Part shown: in pieces, positions 33,901 through 47,870 of the stretch
How positions within the stretch are numbered: position 1 is the first letter of the stretch
Layout: each line of letters starts with the position of its first letter
From: Dicyema japonicum
Taxonomy: Eukaryota; Animalia; Dicyemida
Assembly (NCBI GenBank): GCA_011109175.1
Contig: RDEW01000004.1
Coordinates: 396,030-460,029 of the forward strand
Reading direction: 5' to 3'
Length of the DNA: 64,000 bases
Translations under genes and position numbers: made by a program
The notes under the pieces: generated by a model
What the model was told of the DNA's origin: nothing
The model's input: the letters and a program-made list of their open reading frames with translations, nothing else
Database searches by the model: none

Positions 33901-34239
33901 AACAAAAAGAGAACAAGGTTGACTGATGCGAATAAATTTCAGATTGTCATGAAAAAGAGGCACCTAATGACTAAACAAAGACAAAATGATTTGATAATAT
34001 TAAATGTTACAATTATTGTATTTGTCGTCGTTGAGCCTAATTTAGCTGTTGTCGTGAAAACTCTGAGAGAAGAGTGTGATTTCAATTGATTAACATGAAT
34101 AGTTGTAATTAGGTTATAATTTATTTACCTTGGTTTTTAATAAATCCTTAATTTTTAGGAAAATGTATCGGATTCGAGAATTTTGTTAGAGAAAAATATA
34201 TTTTGACTATAAACTAATACGTTTTTATTTATAACAAAC

Positions 34240-35200
34240 ACAAAAATCAATCAACAGTGGTCCCGCCAACATAATCGACGTTGAGTTGCCTCTCGAGATC
34301 GTAACAGAGATCAAATTGAGAAGCCACCGAGTATCACGTGCGTCGTGGCTTTTTAGTGAAGCTAGGCGTCCAAGTTTATTTGATTCCCGGTTTTTCCTCC
34401 GAAGAGATTTCCCGCTTATTCTTTTTGCTGTCTCAACGACGATGAGGTAGAACGTGAGTCGATCGCATAGCACTTCGTATTTTTTTCATCAGTGTGCCCT
34501 TATTGTTTTTTCCACGGCATACAGTGTGCCTATCGCATTCCCGACAAAGTTGGATGGCAAATGGGGTCGACACACGTAGCATCCCATACCAAAGGTTTCT
34601 CCTCCTCGAATGGAAAAATTGTATTCCATCAGGCCGTTTTCCATCTTCTCTGTCTTAGCCAACAGGTTTAAATATGGAGAGGTATCCAGCAGACTCCAAG
34701 ACTCACTTAAAAATTCCGTTGATTGCCTTATGTCTTGGTAATCGTCTTGCAATTCTTCAACAAGAAAGGGCCTGAAAATCCAAAATTGGTAACTTCACAT
34801 ATCGAAGTGTCCAGAGTTAGGCATTTGAACTATCAAACTTTTAAAATAATCCAGCACATCCTTCGGTCCACCCATGGTGCAATTATCCAAATACCATACT
34901 TTCAGATGAGTAGAACGATATCCCGTGATACGGGCAATTCCCAGGCTGACAAGGCAGAGCCCAGTGGGTCTCCTTGTTGGACTCCGGAAGACGATGGAAT
35001 GAAGTATTGACCGTGTGCCAAGCTGGAAGGTTTTCCATATGAGCTATAGTTGTACACTGATGGGTAGTATGTGAAGGAATCCTCCAGAGTTTTATTACGC
35101 TTTATCGTGTTGAAGGCGTTTTTGATATCAATTTTGACGATTACGAGGAATATTCTCGTTCTTCCGAGTAAATTTGCGGACAGCATGAACTGCTGCTTCT
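34240..35200 (-). mobile_element. CRE-like retrotransposon remnant
   Basis: KIDIKNAFN, GVQQGDPLG, WDATCVD and WLLNLISVTISRGNS. Confidence 0.85.
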
Positions 35201-35248
35201 CATCCCGGGTGTGTCGACCCCTATTTGAGTTGGTTGTAGCTATGTCAG

Positions 35249-36200
35249 TTGGCGATTTTTGTCAATAAAGTCAAAAACTGATATGTTCTTTAAATTGTTT
35301 AAAACTTATAAAAATGTAGTTTTTAATCAAAAAAAAGTTATAAAGTCAAAAAAGTCAAAATTTTCGGTAATGACAAAATTTAATTTTTAGGTCAAATTTT
35401 TTATTGATTTTTATTTTTTATCGTTTTTTTAAATAAAAAACAAATTATTCAACAAAGAAACAAATGTTAGTGAAAAAACCGGCTGCTTTTTTATTGTTTA
35501 GTTTTTCGAGTTTATTGAATAAAATACTAGCGTGGAATCAAATATCATCATCACTGTGATGCTGCGTTCAATCAAGAATGACATTGAAAAGATTAAGTCT
35601 GCTGTTAGAAAATATCCTGATGAATTTTCTATCAACTCACGAGGAAATCGTTTTTGGAATTTATGTGGGACAAATATCCAATTAGCAGGTTTATTATTTT
35701 TATGACTATTTTAAAGGTGTCAATAATATAAAACACATTGATTTTCTCGTCCCATCTGCCGACAATTGGTCGATAAAGTCACTAAGGCTTTTGTCGAATC
35801 CGACATTCCCTTGCATAAGTTAACAGTAAAAGATTATGAGACTTGTTTAAGAGTATTGGACATAATCTTCCTTCTACTTACGCTTGCCGAAAATGTGGGG
35901 ACTGAAATATGTCAATACACTTATTGGAAGAATTTCTGATCCCAAGAAAATATTTTATATATCTTGTCGTCATTGTCTTCTGCAACTAACTTTTCGATTA
36001 TCTGTCAGATAATTGATGATGTTCTAAGGGATTTTGCGATAGATCGTGAAGACGCTGTTGAACACGTTCAGAATTGCATTTCGGGGACGATTTGTGGAAT
36101 CAGGAAGTACTGGAATCAAGATTATTTGTCAATCAGGTGCTTTCTATCACAAAAATGGAAAAACAACATATTTCTCCATATGTATACAACTATCTGAAAA
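35249..36200 (+). mobile_element. hAT-like family 2 remnant (CGGBP-like transposase)
   Basis: Left end GGCGATTTT shared with 54667; VRKYPDEFSINSRG..LCG and KAFVESDIPLHKL. Confidence 0.6.
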
Positions 36201-37199
36201 AGTGTCCTTCCACATCATTATTTGTTGGAAAAAGTTTTTATTTATTAATAATAATAATAACACCAGAGACCACAATCACACAAACTAACTAATCACGATT
36301 TTCTGAAAGAAATAGCTTCATTGTTTGCTTTTAGTTCGACCGTCCGTCTTCCCAGTCTCTTGTCTAAAGTAAATGGGGTATTAGAAAAATTATTATCTAA
36401 AGACCGAAATGTTATACCCGAAAACGTTTTAAATTACATTATTCTGTATTTTAATTGAGATTTTGATTATTTTTTTATTTAAAAAATTGCTTAATACAAT
36501 TGATTAATTTAATATATTGGTACTACCATGCTTAGTACTATTGATTGGCCTTCTGGCTTACCGCAACGTCTGATGACTTCGGATCTGAAGGTCGTGGTTT
36601 CAAATCCGAAAGATGGAGTTTCAGCGAAGGTCAATTCTTGTCAAACAGATCCCACCCGTGAGGCGACGAGTCCTTCTGGCACGACACAGTTGTTAAAAGG
36701 GATCTTCCTACCTTTCTCCCTGACCAAACCCTCTGATGAAGATTGCATTATGAAAACTATTCCGCTAAAGAATTAATTGATGTTCGCGACGGTAGGACGA
36801 GGGACAAAAAATGGAAGAGGGCGGACATACTTCTCCACCTCTCTTCGGAAGCGGAAGCCTGTAGTGAAATATTGGAAGATGGATTTAGTCAGATGTTCTC
36901 CCTTTGGTTCCTTCCTTGGATTAGTTAGTTATGACTGTTTGTGGTGGGCTTACAATGGTAAGCCTGGAGTTAACAATAATAATATTGATTGATAATTATA
37001 TTGGTACGTACATTTTTTTTGTGTCAATGGTGGTCGATGTAGATTATTACGAATCTAACTAATAGTTCACTTTTATTCTCAAGGAATTTCCCAAAGTTTT
37101 CCAATTTTGTGTCAGATGAGATTAAAATCCAAAATATAATGTACCCAACGCTTTCTCATTTTAGTATCTTTTGATTACATTCAAACGACGTGAACCGAC

Positions 37200-37492
37200 A
37201 AGTCTATCATGAGAAGTTGAACACATTTTGTGCCATATAAGTACGTCGCTGTTTTTGTTAGCTGGCAGTATTTATTTACTCCCGATTCGTTGCAAACAAA
37301 AGCGCAGCCAACAATGAAGGACGTTCCCTGATTTTTCACGTGGGTCACCTGTTCGTAAAGAAAAATGAATACAATTGTAACCGACTGACCCACCTTTCCC
37401 CTTGCCAACCAAACATTTATTAGTTTACTGGTAGTAACAGCAGCGAGAATCGAACCCATAACCTAAGCCACTTAACCACTATGCCACCCGGC
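37200..37492 (-). mobile_element. tRNA-derived SINE
   Basis: A-box TGGCATAGTGG and B-box GGTTCGATTCT with no anticodon arm. Other B-box remnants occur near 31010-31025 (-) and 36595-36610 (+). Confidence 0.55.
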
Positions 37493-38099
37493 GTCAAGCT
37501 TATGCTTCCAGTTTTTTATAGCTGGATTTATAGAAAACCAAATATCGAATGAGTGATTTTTTGTATTACCCAAGTTTAGTAATTGTCGACAAATACCAAC
37601 CTATGTTTTCTCAAAATCATAAGTGAATATATTAACACTGTTCATAAGAGAGGTTTGTCTTAATAAGAACCTGGGATGCAAATTTGATCACTTCTATTTG
37701 AGGTAAATATAGATGGTGTAAAATATCATTTATTGGATTAATAGGGTAGATCGGTATGGACAGGTCAAAGACTTGGTAGATATCACAGAAATTCATATTT
37801 TTTAATTTACAAAATCAGACACGTTTATTAATATTTAGTTGTTTAAATTCTATTAGTATAAAACTTTAAAATATGGATTTTTATTACTCATATTTTTTGT
37901 GGATCAGTGTGATATTGCTTATAAGCTTACAAATTTGATTATTACGGGATATATCAATAGTCATTATCGTTTAAGTTTTTACAAAATTGAATTTAATACT
38001 TTTGATGCTTCTTTAGATGCACATGTGTCAGAAGAGACTCACATCACCTTTTCACTAACTAATAAGGTTATATGAGTAATCAATGATAAGTAGTTAGTT

Positions 38100-38860
38100 A
38101 GAGATCTTTCACGTAGCCCTGGGTTTCGCTTAAGCCATGCTTTGCAACCATCCTCTTCGCCACCTTATTTCTGGCCTTCATTCGAACATTGTCCAGATCG
38201 TCTGCTGTCACCAATTGTTTCGTAATCATCATTTAAGCAAATTGGAATTGTATTTATTGGTCTGCCTCAAAATCCGTGACTTCCGGCGCAGTATAAATAT
38301 TCTTCCATTATTCTGTTACATGGCGTAGTCGGATCCAGTCTAAGAGTATGTCTAAATAGTTTCCATCTAGATAAAATATGCTAATTGGTCTATATTTACA
38401 GAGTAGTTTTTCGTTTGATATTTATCTCGACAAGGGGATTTCAACACGCACAGTTGTCTTTTGTGAAAAGTATATAGCTTCTCTAAATCGGTTATTGAAT
38501 TTCTCCATGTTCCAGAATTGTATAGCAATACTGGCTTAACAAACGTGTCGTATACTCTGACACAGTTTTAGTGATACGTGTTTGTTTCTTATCAAGATGT
38601 TGTACATTTTTGAAGTATATGATAGCATTTTCCTTCGACAAATATCCTCGGCAGTCTCCAGCATTCACCATTTCTTGAATTTCTCGTTCATGTATAATCA
38701 GTTGTTGTGATATTTATGCGCAGAAAATAAGTTTGGCTTGGAGTAAGTGCTTCAGTAGACACAAATTCTACACCATCCGCGTATAGTAATTCGATTAATG
38801 TCTCGTATTTGAGACCCATATCTTTCCTCACTCCCCGAGGACAGCTTCGAGGTAAGATAA
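38100..38860 (-). mobile_element. RTE-like LINE 3' part
   Basis: ELLYADG RT motif and an LFRHTLRL C-terminal piece; the 3' end is homologous to 61200-61410. Confidence 0.7.
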
Positions 38861-38933
38861 GGCGATAATTGTGTCATATTAACCACATTGCGATATAACA
38901 GTGATAAATTCAAAAATCAAGAAAATAATAAAA

Positions 38934-40557
38934 ATGGATGCCCAATCACAAAAACTATCACTGAAACAAGTAATAATGCTAACAATGAACATGGTATTCC
39001 ATTAAAGTACAATAAAGATCACCACCAGTCTGATTGTATATTTCTCACAGCCGTTTATTCCTGAAATGATAAGAGTTAATTCAGTAATCAATTATAGTAC
39101 TTTGGATATGAGGAATACCAGAAAGGCTATTTTGGGGGACTTATTCAAACTGCCTTCTACACAGGGAGAATATTCGGGAGGTTGTAATGCGTTTACCCTC
39201 TTAGCATTGTAATTGGGAGAATTGCAGACAATGTTTGCAAATACAAAGTTTTAATGGCCTGTCTTGGTTTATGCGCCATTTCCACATTTCTATTCGGATT
39301 TGCATTCAATATATATTTTGTTATTGTAATCAAATTCATAACAGGGATCGTCTCTGGTTTATCCTGATCCCTCATTTGCAGGGACCACTCTCCTCAACAA
39401 GGCATTAGTGCATGACTTGTGCAGTAACGACAATCAGGCCTATGGAATGTTATTCCACACGATAGGAGTTTCTATCGGCGGCATCTGCGGTCCCCTAATA
39501 GGAGGTGACCAACTTTATTGATTTAAGGACATTTGCAAAATCCGGCGACGAGGTTCCCTAAAGTCTTTGGAGATATTGAATTTTTCGTGAAATATCCATA
39601 CTTTTTGTGTTCGTTTTTGGTCGTAATCGTCACATTATTCAATATTATCATCATATTCGCCATAGAAAGGTCAAAAAAGTAGGGAATTTGTTGATGTTTT
39701 AGATCCAATGAGGTCGGACAAGTTCATCAAGTTGAAATTACGGAGGAAAGAGTTCAAAGGGAGTCCTCAATAAAAGCTTATTATCGGATTTTAAGGTGAA
39801 TTTGGGGGAAATTTAGTTGTAAAAAAATAATCATATCTTTTTCGATTTTATGGCATTTTCGTTGTGTTCAGTAGGAACTGATGAGTTGTTGATAATTTAC
39901 TTGTCTACGGAAGTCTCCTCAGGTAATTTTGTGAGGGAATTGTCGAAGGGGACTTTCGTTTTCTTCGGAAAAAATCGGAATGTTCATAATGTACTGTTCA
40001 ATCCCTACGATTTTGTTCAACATAATAATATTCACAAAAGTTATAAAAAAGATTGGAATCATCAGAGTTCGAACATTTCACGATTTAGGTCATCAAATAT
40101 GGACTCGTGCTAGTATTCCCACTCACTCTGACAATTCCAGCAAGTTACATTATTCGTACAGATATGGTAATCTCATATCTAACTCACAGATCTCCCAAAT
40201 CATCGGATATCTTCATATATATTGATTACATTCTCATTCGGTCTATAAATGGAATGTTATTGGGTCCAATTGGGCTAATGATTAACAACGCGGCGGATTT
40301 AGAAGACATGGGGACCGTTAATGGGATTTGCTTGTCTCTTTCTTGTGTTTTCAGGTTTTCCGGTAGTTATTTTAAGAGCTATTGCACCGGTATTTTTTGA
40401 AAGTATATATGCTTCGACTATTAGGTATAATACGAAAATTGGGAAAGTTTTTGGGTCATTATGTTCATTCAGTGTGATTGGGTCTTTTCTCTTGATTACT
40501 TTAATTTTATGCATTTTCATCCCCAAATCACTTAATGACCGAAAAGTCCGTAACTGA
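38934..40557 (+). CDS. Major facilitator superfamily transporter (ZIFL/TCR-Tet-like)
   Basis: Spliced SQPFIPEMIR..GYFGGLIQTAFYTGRIFGSIVIGRIAD, LFGFAFN..KFITG, GGICGPLIGGHLQNPATRFP..F.KYPYFL, and LINNAADLEDMGTVNGI; multiple 22-25 nt introns. Confidence 0.85.
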
Positions 40558-40670
40558 ATTTGATTTTAATTTAAATACTCATATTATTATTTCCAGGACC
40601 ACTGGGTCAAAAGAGAAAGAATGTGCTTATTAAGTGATGAGGTTGGAATCGGTGTGGTCTGAGTCTTTTC

Positions 40671-40912
40671 TCATCTCGAGTGATTTTTGAGATATTTGAC
40701 AAAAATGTCGTAGAGAAGGTTGAAGGTTTTTTTGTTTTTCGCCATCCGAAAGAATTTTTGTCTTTGTTCAGTGAGGTGATAAAAATAGTCAGTTAGATTG
40801 TTAAATACTAAAATCTGTTCATTCATTCGAGGACGTGTCGAATGTGAGAATGTGTGGACTGAGTGATGAGATTATATATTCCACATTGAAGACTATCGAG
40901 TTGATCCACCAT
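40671..40912 (-). CDS. Possible two-exon small hypothetical protein (about 72 aa)
   Basis: ATG plus a 26-nt GT-AG intron gives an open frame to TGA; no homology recognised. Confidence 0.3.
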
Positions 40913-40989
40913 TCTAGAGAGTGGATGCTTCAAGAATTTAGTTATTCGACGTAAACAAAAAGTAACTCAATATTTATTGCTAAACAAAA

Positions 40990-41260
40990 TAAACAAAAAG
41001 GTCATACAGGCCCTGACTGTGTGGCTATTCCCTTTCAGGATGGCTAGAGAGATTCGCTCAAATAACCAACAGTGCTCATTGGGATATCCTATTCGTGCAG
41101 ATATCCGATTCCCTAGATGACCTATGAATTCCATCGTAAAAGGAACAAAGAACAAACAAAAAATCCTCGGGTAGGATCGCGTACTTTGGCCGTTTTGACC
41201 TCTAGGTCTTCTCAGCGGCAGAACAAGCTCCAGAGAGACTCTGATGTAGAAGTTAAAGGA
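40990..41260 (-). mobile_element. CRE-like 3' fragment
   Basis: HLGNRISARIGYPNEHCWLFERISLAILKGNSH. Confidence 0.75.
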
Positions 41261-41379
41261 AAGTGGGATACAGCAATTTTGGAAAGACACACTTTAACCT
41301 CATGCCTATAATTTGTGGTAAATATATAAGTTTTTTTAGCAGAAATGAAGTGATTATTGATATTTACTCCCTGTTTGAT

Positions 41380-41690
41380 TATTATGAAATCTGGAGTACC
41401 GCAAACGGGTGGAGACGGACATTTCGCTAGATGGAAGAATCGTAAAACACAGATTGGCGTTCTTTGGGTATGTTGTCCGCTCTGATTTCCTGGAAAGAAC
41501 CAATATGTTGAGCAATATTACTGGGAAGAGAAGACCTGATCGACCGAGGACTCGGTGGCTATCCACGGTAGAAGACGTCACGGGAATGCCTATATCAAGG
41601 CTACTCCAAATTGCGACGGATCGGGGAGGAAACTTGTTCATGAGATCTCCAAAGATGGGACACGACTTAATTTGGATAACATAACTCGAG
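41380..41690 (+). mobile_element. RTE (BovB-like) LINE 3' end
   Basis: RLAFFGYVVR...ITGKRRPDRPRTRWL...ATDR. Confidence 0.75.
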
Positions 41691-41899
41691 TATTGCTTTA
41701 AAAACTAAATATATGAAAAATATAATGAAAATATGACTAATAGTTTGAAATATTGACTTATCTAACAGGAAAGTTTGGCTGAGGTGGTGGCTTGCCTCAA
41801 TTCACAAATGTCTAAAAAGCACTTGAATCCTCGAACGAACTACCTTCAACACCTGAGGACTTAAAGATTTAACGAAAAGACGCAAAATATGATTGATTG

Positions 41900-43650
41900 G
41901 TATGCTGGAAACTAAGATGGCAGACGGATTGCACGAGGAGCATGGAAACTATGCGTTTATGTTTCTTCCTTTGGATTCGAAACATTGCGCAAGGATTTGA
42001 TATACATAAGATATTGTCCCATGTTTGCACAGATACTGGAAAGTTATCGACAGGATCTGTGTAAAGAGACTTAATAGGATCTAAATCTCTATGCCCCGCA
42101 TAGTGGTCGTGTTATGAGGAATCTTGACCAGTTCTACAAGGAATTGAGGAGCACAATGACTGACCTTGAATCTTTCCGCCGACTACTCGTTGCAGGAGTC
42201 CGGAAAGGAGATGAGACCTTTATCGGTCAGTAGTGGAATCAGAAACTTCCCTGGATGCCAACTACTGTCAAGATTTAGTCTTCTTTTAGAAGACAGAAAA
42301 TATAAGACCATACAGAAGAGGGAAAATTATCAAATTCCATCGAGAAGATTATCGACTACATTGATAAACAAGTCCCACTTGAAGGGATTTGAACTGTCAT
42401 TAAGAATGGAATTTTCTCTACGGTTGCTGAGATGTCAATGAGTCCAGCATGTATAATACAATGCGGATGATAAACCGCAAGAAGCAAGTATCAAAATAAA
42501 ACTGCAGGACACTAATGAAAAATTCTACTAACTCCCATCGACCAAATAGTGGCTTTGAAAATCTGCTAAATGCTTTCGGTGAAATATACGATTATGTACA
42601 TTGGCACTCCACGCAATTAGAAAAATCAATTACATTTAAGGAAGTCGTGAGGGAAATGCACAAACTGAAAAATGTCGTTCTCCTGGACCAGACGACATCA
42701 ATCTGGAGTTCTTCAAATATGGGTCCCCTGTGCTAATTGATAAAATTACAACACTTCTGAATGGCCCAGTGGAAAACCTACGCCCGATCATCTTGCTCAA
42801 TCTATGTACTAATTGACACGATAACTTGGGATAAATGGACGGACTCTAATTAAAAAAAAGTTTTGAACAAAAACATTTCCGAAAAAGTGAGTGAACCAGA
42901 TATGAAGAATTTGAGTTTCGGAAAATTTCGATCAATATCATCCTGTCAAGTGGCGTGACCTTCAATGCTAATTTCAGAAACTTTCAACTTAATCATTTCT
43001 AGCCACTAATAAATGCACAACAAATGTGGATGAAGAATCAGCATAACAGTCGGTTAACTGAATTGAGAACAATGCCCAACAACTCCGGGCTGTAGAGGTC
43101 CCAGAAGGGACTCAGCGTCGTTTATCAAATAACCGAAGCTCGCGACAGGCCATCCGCAGGTGTCTAGTACTCTACTTATAGTCTCGCGTTAGGAATCAAG
43201 TGGACGACTATCTTGCACCAAGTCATAGTGGATTCATAAAGGGAGAAAAACGACGGATATAGTATGGAGCCACAAGTGGCGCTGTAAAGCAAAGATACCA
43301 AAACGCAACTAAAATCCTTGGCATAGATTATCGAGGGCTTTCGACACAGTCCGTCGAGGTCTATTACTGAAGGCAGTGGAAGGATTTCTGGACTCTGACT
43401 CTGTCAAAATGATAAGAGTTTTCTTATCTAACAAGAAGCTAAGAGTTCGAATTGGCAAAACTATGTCAAGAGAATTCCTATGTAATGTGGGTACTCCTCA
43501 AGAACATTGAAGCTAGTACACCAGCTACTATAGCGATGGAGAAGTACTTTGTTGAGACGAGGTCACGTTTCAGTGGGCGTCACACTTCCTGAGATACTTG
43601 ATGGCGATCTCAAGTACGTCAAAGAAAAACCGCTTAGTTTGATAATTTCT
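41900..43650 (+). mobile_element. RTE-like LINE fragments
   Basis: APE-like DQFYKEL piece, NLRPIILLN and TPATIAMEKYF C-terminal piece; heavily deleted. Confidence 0.55.
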
Positions 43651-43829
43651 AAAGCCGCACGACTAAAACTATTATGGTTTGTATTGCTTTAATAATAACG
43701 GGAGAGTATGCTAACTGTGAAGAGGGATAGAAAAATATATAGACTTTACAAATTATTTATATCACAAAAATGAAAAACCCACCTTACGAATAACTTGTAT
43801 ATATTATTTTGTGGATAACCTAATTAAGT

Positions 43830-45050
43830 GATCTTAGCATAATAATCCCCAACCTCCTTTTGCGTGGTCTTCCAGTATTCCAACTGCAGAACGGCAGAGC
43901 CTCCACAACTGCCTACCAGTCTCAGGTTATTACTAAGAATTTAGGGAAGTGTCATACGTAGATGTCCAGGGTATCTTTCCATATATTCCAACGTGCCTCT
44001 GTGTTAACATACTCGTGGGCCGAGAAACATCTTTCGTATAATGCTTCATTCTTTATCCGCATTGGCAATTTCAGTTCTCGGTGACACCAAAGTTGCTTTC
44101 TGTGGTATGAGTCAATCCTCTTCTCTTCGAGCTAAGGATTTCCCTGTATTATAGGTGAGAATCGGCTTCACAAAGACGTCATACAATCTGAGGAGAATGG
44201 AGAGGCAAAGATATCGTCTTCCTATCTATTCGTTGATTAATTTAGTCATGATTACTGTCGATAGTAACTTTCTCAAGGTGATATCTTCAGAATCCCAGTT
44301 TTTTAAACTCTCTCCATGTTTTCTTTCTATGAAACTCAATCTATTTGATTTTGACAATCTCTGTCTTTGAGGTGTTTATGGATGGGGATCATTGGCCTAG
44401 ATGACCACTCTATCTCAAACAGATGCTGAGTGCTTCCAAGTATTTTGAGACAAAATCCACGTCATCAGTGTACACAATTTCCATATGTTATTGCCATAGA
44501 ACTTTCTGAGGTTGCGACTATGAAACCACATTAGAGTTCTCATTATAAAGCTACTATGGTTATGGGTCGCATATTTATTGATTAATTGATCCGATTAAGG
44601 ACATTTCGTAGTGTTTTTAGTGTAGACTCGACCAGGTAGAATTATTTCCTTTTGATATCATTAATCCTTTTCAAGTTCAGAATTGTCGCATTAGTCTTAT
44701 AACCAGGAACATCTTGGAATTGTTTTTTTGTTACCCGACTTATTCTGGAGTCAATATGTTAGTAGCGTGTTCGTTATTTAGGAATTTAATTATCCTCTCC
44801 AAATGCTTCTATAAAACGTTCCCATCCACCTTTGACTCCGACATTTCAATCGCCCGTAATAAAATTAAGTGCGGAGGACTCCAAGTACGTTACGGTCCAT
44901 GTGAAATCCTCGTAGAAAACATTCAGCTCTTCTGGATCTTTCAAGACACGAGCACTATGTAGAGCGTATACATTGATGATAGCCAATTTCATCACAAACC
45001 CTTGCCCATAGTGTCTACAGTCAACAGGAAGTAAAATCAATATGTGGTCT
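43830..45050 (-). mobile_element. RTE-like LINE fragments
   Basis: EIVYTDDVDFVS RT motif; APE-like IINVYALH piece. Confidence 0.55.
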
Positions 45051-45093
45051 ACTTGACATTCATCGAGGCCTTCTTTGAATTTTGTATATTACC

Positions 45094-45550
45094 TAAGTTA
45101 ATAACCCCGGATATACCGGAAAGAGGTTAAAAGCAATTAACATTTAATTAAAATGCATCCTTTACCATGGTCAAAGGGAGGCGAATCATCTCAAAGTATA
45201 ACTTATATCCACATCAACCATTGTAGTAACCACTTATTATTAACTTTGGATATATCGATAAATAAGTTAAGAATTAACAATTAATTAAATGTATCCAGTT
45301 CCCACTGTCACAGAAACAGAGTCCTTTCAATGTAACGTCTATTAAGAACCAGCATAAAAGGTAAAAGACGTCAATTCCTTGCAGTTGTGAGAACCATCCA
45401 GTGGAGTGAGGGAAAGCAAGTGATCCCTATATATGCAACCCTAGCATTATGAGACACCTGAGACGGGTGGATAACATCTATTCAAAAAGAAAGAAAAAGA
45501 ACAGAAGAAACAAACAAAAATATTCAGTCAAGTAGCCACATAGCACCACG
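45094..45550 (-). mobile_element. Diverged family S copy with about 140 bp inserted before its tail
   Basis: Head, core and body at 45291-45550; tail A at 45094-45150. Confidence 0.7.
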
Positions 45551-46406
45551 AATCCTTTTTTGGGTGGCAGTCAGACATTGGGGGTCACATGACCTCTTTT
45601 GATCGATAATAGTACTTTATGGTATATTAATGGATTAATCTTATATTGTTGATACTGTTATGTGTAATAGTTGAGAAAAGATGGCTGATTGACCGCATTT
45701 CCATGCAAATTGTAAGGAGGAATACAATCACGAGAGCTGCTACTAATTTATAATAATTGTATTAAAAGTACAATAATTACCAAAAGTGACAACATATAAT
45801 GACAAAAAGTGACACCTCAATGTTCGAGAATTTGATTTTGGCGGGAATATCTAAGTCATCTTGCTGAATTCCTTAAATCTTCTTGGATTGAAACAGTTTG
45901 TACCTCAGTCGTCCTCAATATTTCGGGTGCACACAAATAATACTTTCATTACATCATTTTCAATTACATTCGAAACTATGTTGAAGATATGCCTAAACAA
46001 AGTAAATAATGTTAAAACAAACAAAATGGCAGAGACAAGGAAATCACAGATATAAAATTATACGACAAAACTTAAAAACCCGGGGATCACATTAATAAAT
46101 TAAATTAATTTAAATTTTAAAACAACAATAATAATCATTTAAATTTTACAAAACTAGTTCATTTGAATGACTTACGGATTTTAGTTTTGACAAAAAATCA
46201 AATTCTTGTAAATATTAAAAAGTAATATTTACTATAATTTAAATATAAATTAATTATTAAATATTATTAATGTTAATACTTGATTGATTATTTTAAATTG
46301 GAAAACCTAATAAAATAGACTATAAAATAACATTCTCTAGTTATCCTCAATTTTTCCATATTGTCATTATTGTTCTGTTAATAATCAAATTTCTAATTTT
46401 CAGATA

Positions 46407-47870
46407 ATGGAAGGACATAGCAGAGAAACAATCCTACAAAATTTTTCCAAGATTGTCGAATTTTATTTAAATTCGTTCCCATTTACTTCCGAATCAGCAA
46501 GAAGCCTTCGCGAAATCCGTGAACAACTTAAGTAATTATCCATAACTGACTAATATTTCAGTGTTGGGACTCAACCGACTAATTTCAGAAGTTCATTTGG
46601 CTTTATCAAACAGGCCAGTCACCAGCCAGAATATGCAAACTCTGTAAATTGCTGTTTTAACCCCTCAGGACTGAATTGAACCAAAGTCTCCGTTTTTATT
46701 CACAAATTTTTAAGCCAAAACCTCGTGTTTCGGATAGCCACGTGGCAATCGCTGATAGATTTGTCTTAACTAGAAAATGTCCCCAAATTCTTCGATCCAT
46801 TAACGGTAACCCTTAAATTTGTGATTTTCCCATTAGAACGAGGAGATGAGATCCTCGCACTCTATGACACACGTGACTGCTCTGTACAGACCGAGTCTTC
46901 CGATAATGGAGACATTTTGGTTGAAAAGTCTGTAAAGCGCCGAAATTCAAGACAAAATGGGTCGTGTGAGATCGAAGAGATCTCTTCTGAGATGAATCCC
47001 TCAAAGAGGTGTTTAAAGGATCAGGATTTTACAGAATTTGCGGAAAATGGTTGCTGTTTGCCAAAAAAACTGAAAATCAGCTTTCCTGTTGCTATGATGT
47101 TTTATTCTTTATTAGAATCTGAATGAAGGTTGTAGTATAAGACTGATCACCTCAAATCATCGACATGTGGTCGGGACTGCTTTGGAAGGTGGAGGAAGTG
47201 CTGTCTTGGCTAATGGATTTAATGAAATTAGCACAAATTTAAATGAAAATTAATTATTTTGTAATATTCGCTTTTAATTATTTTTTATTTTTTTATTAAT
47301 ATTATTGAGGATATTGCTAATTATGTTTAAAGTGAGGTTTTACAAGAATCTTATGGAAAATTCTCTCGGAAGATTTGCGCCTCTGAGTTTTGTGATATTA
47401 TCTATTCTTTCCGGACCAGGACCACCAATTACTCTAAGGGACTTGTGGAGCGCCCAATACTCTCAGCTGGACGCTTGATTTACCAGACCTCTTATATGTT
47501 AGTGAGGTAGAGGTAACTAAGTTACAATTGACTGCTCCTGGAAAACGATGGTGTCGCTGGAGGACCACTCGAGAAGAGCCAATAGATATTAAAAGTCGGG
47601 ACCACTCAAATTGGTTTTAACGCCTTCTTCCTCGATGGTTTCGCAGCTTTAAATAAATGAGGACATGTTGATTGATGAAGAGGGATTTGGCGGTAGTGGA
47701 ATTTTCTGAGGCTTCCTTGATTATTTGTTTCTCTGTTCACAATAACTCATATTTGAGAATTGTCGATAATTTACCAAGAGTAACTCTGCCAGACGTCCTG
47801 GAAATGACCCGAAATACTGAAAGGGAGTTGAAATGACTTTAGATGACCTGGACTTATCGTTAGTTAACAA
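46407..47870 (+). CDS. Hypothetical multi-exon protein
   Basis: Coding-like segments (MEGHSRETILQNFSKIVEFY..., ERGDEILALYDTRDCSVQTES...) separated by 24-31 nt GT-AG introns; the 3' end is uncertain. Confidence 0.4.

Noticed and set aside
37440-37492. tRNA gene
   Set aside because: A- and B-boxes are present, but the anticodon arm and a paired acceptor stem are missing; treated as a SINE head.
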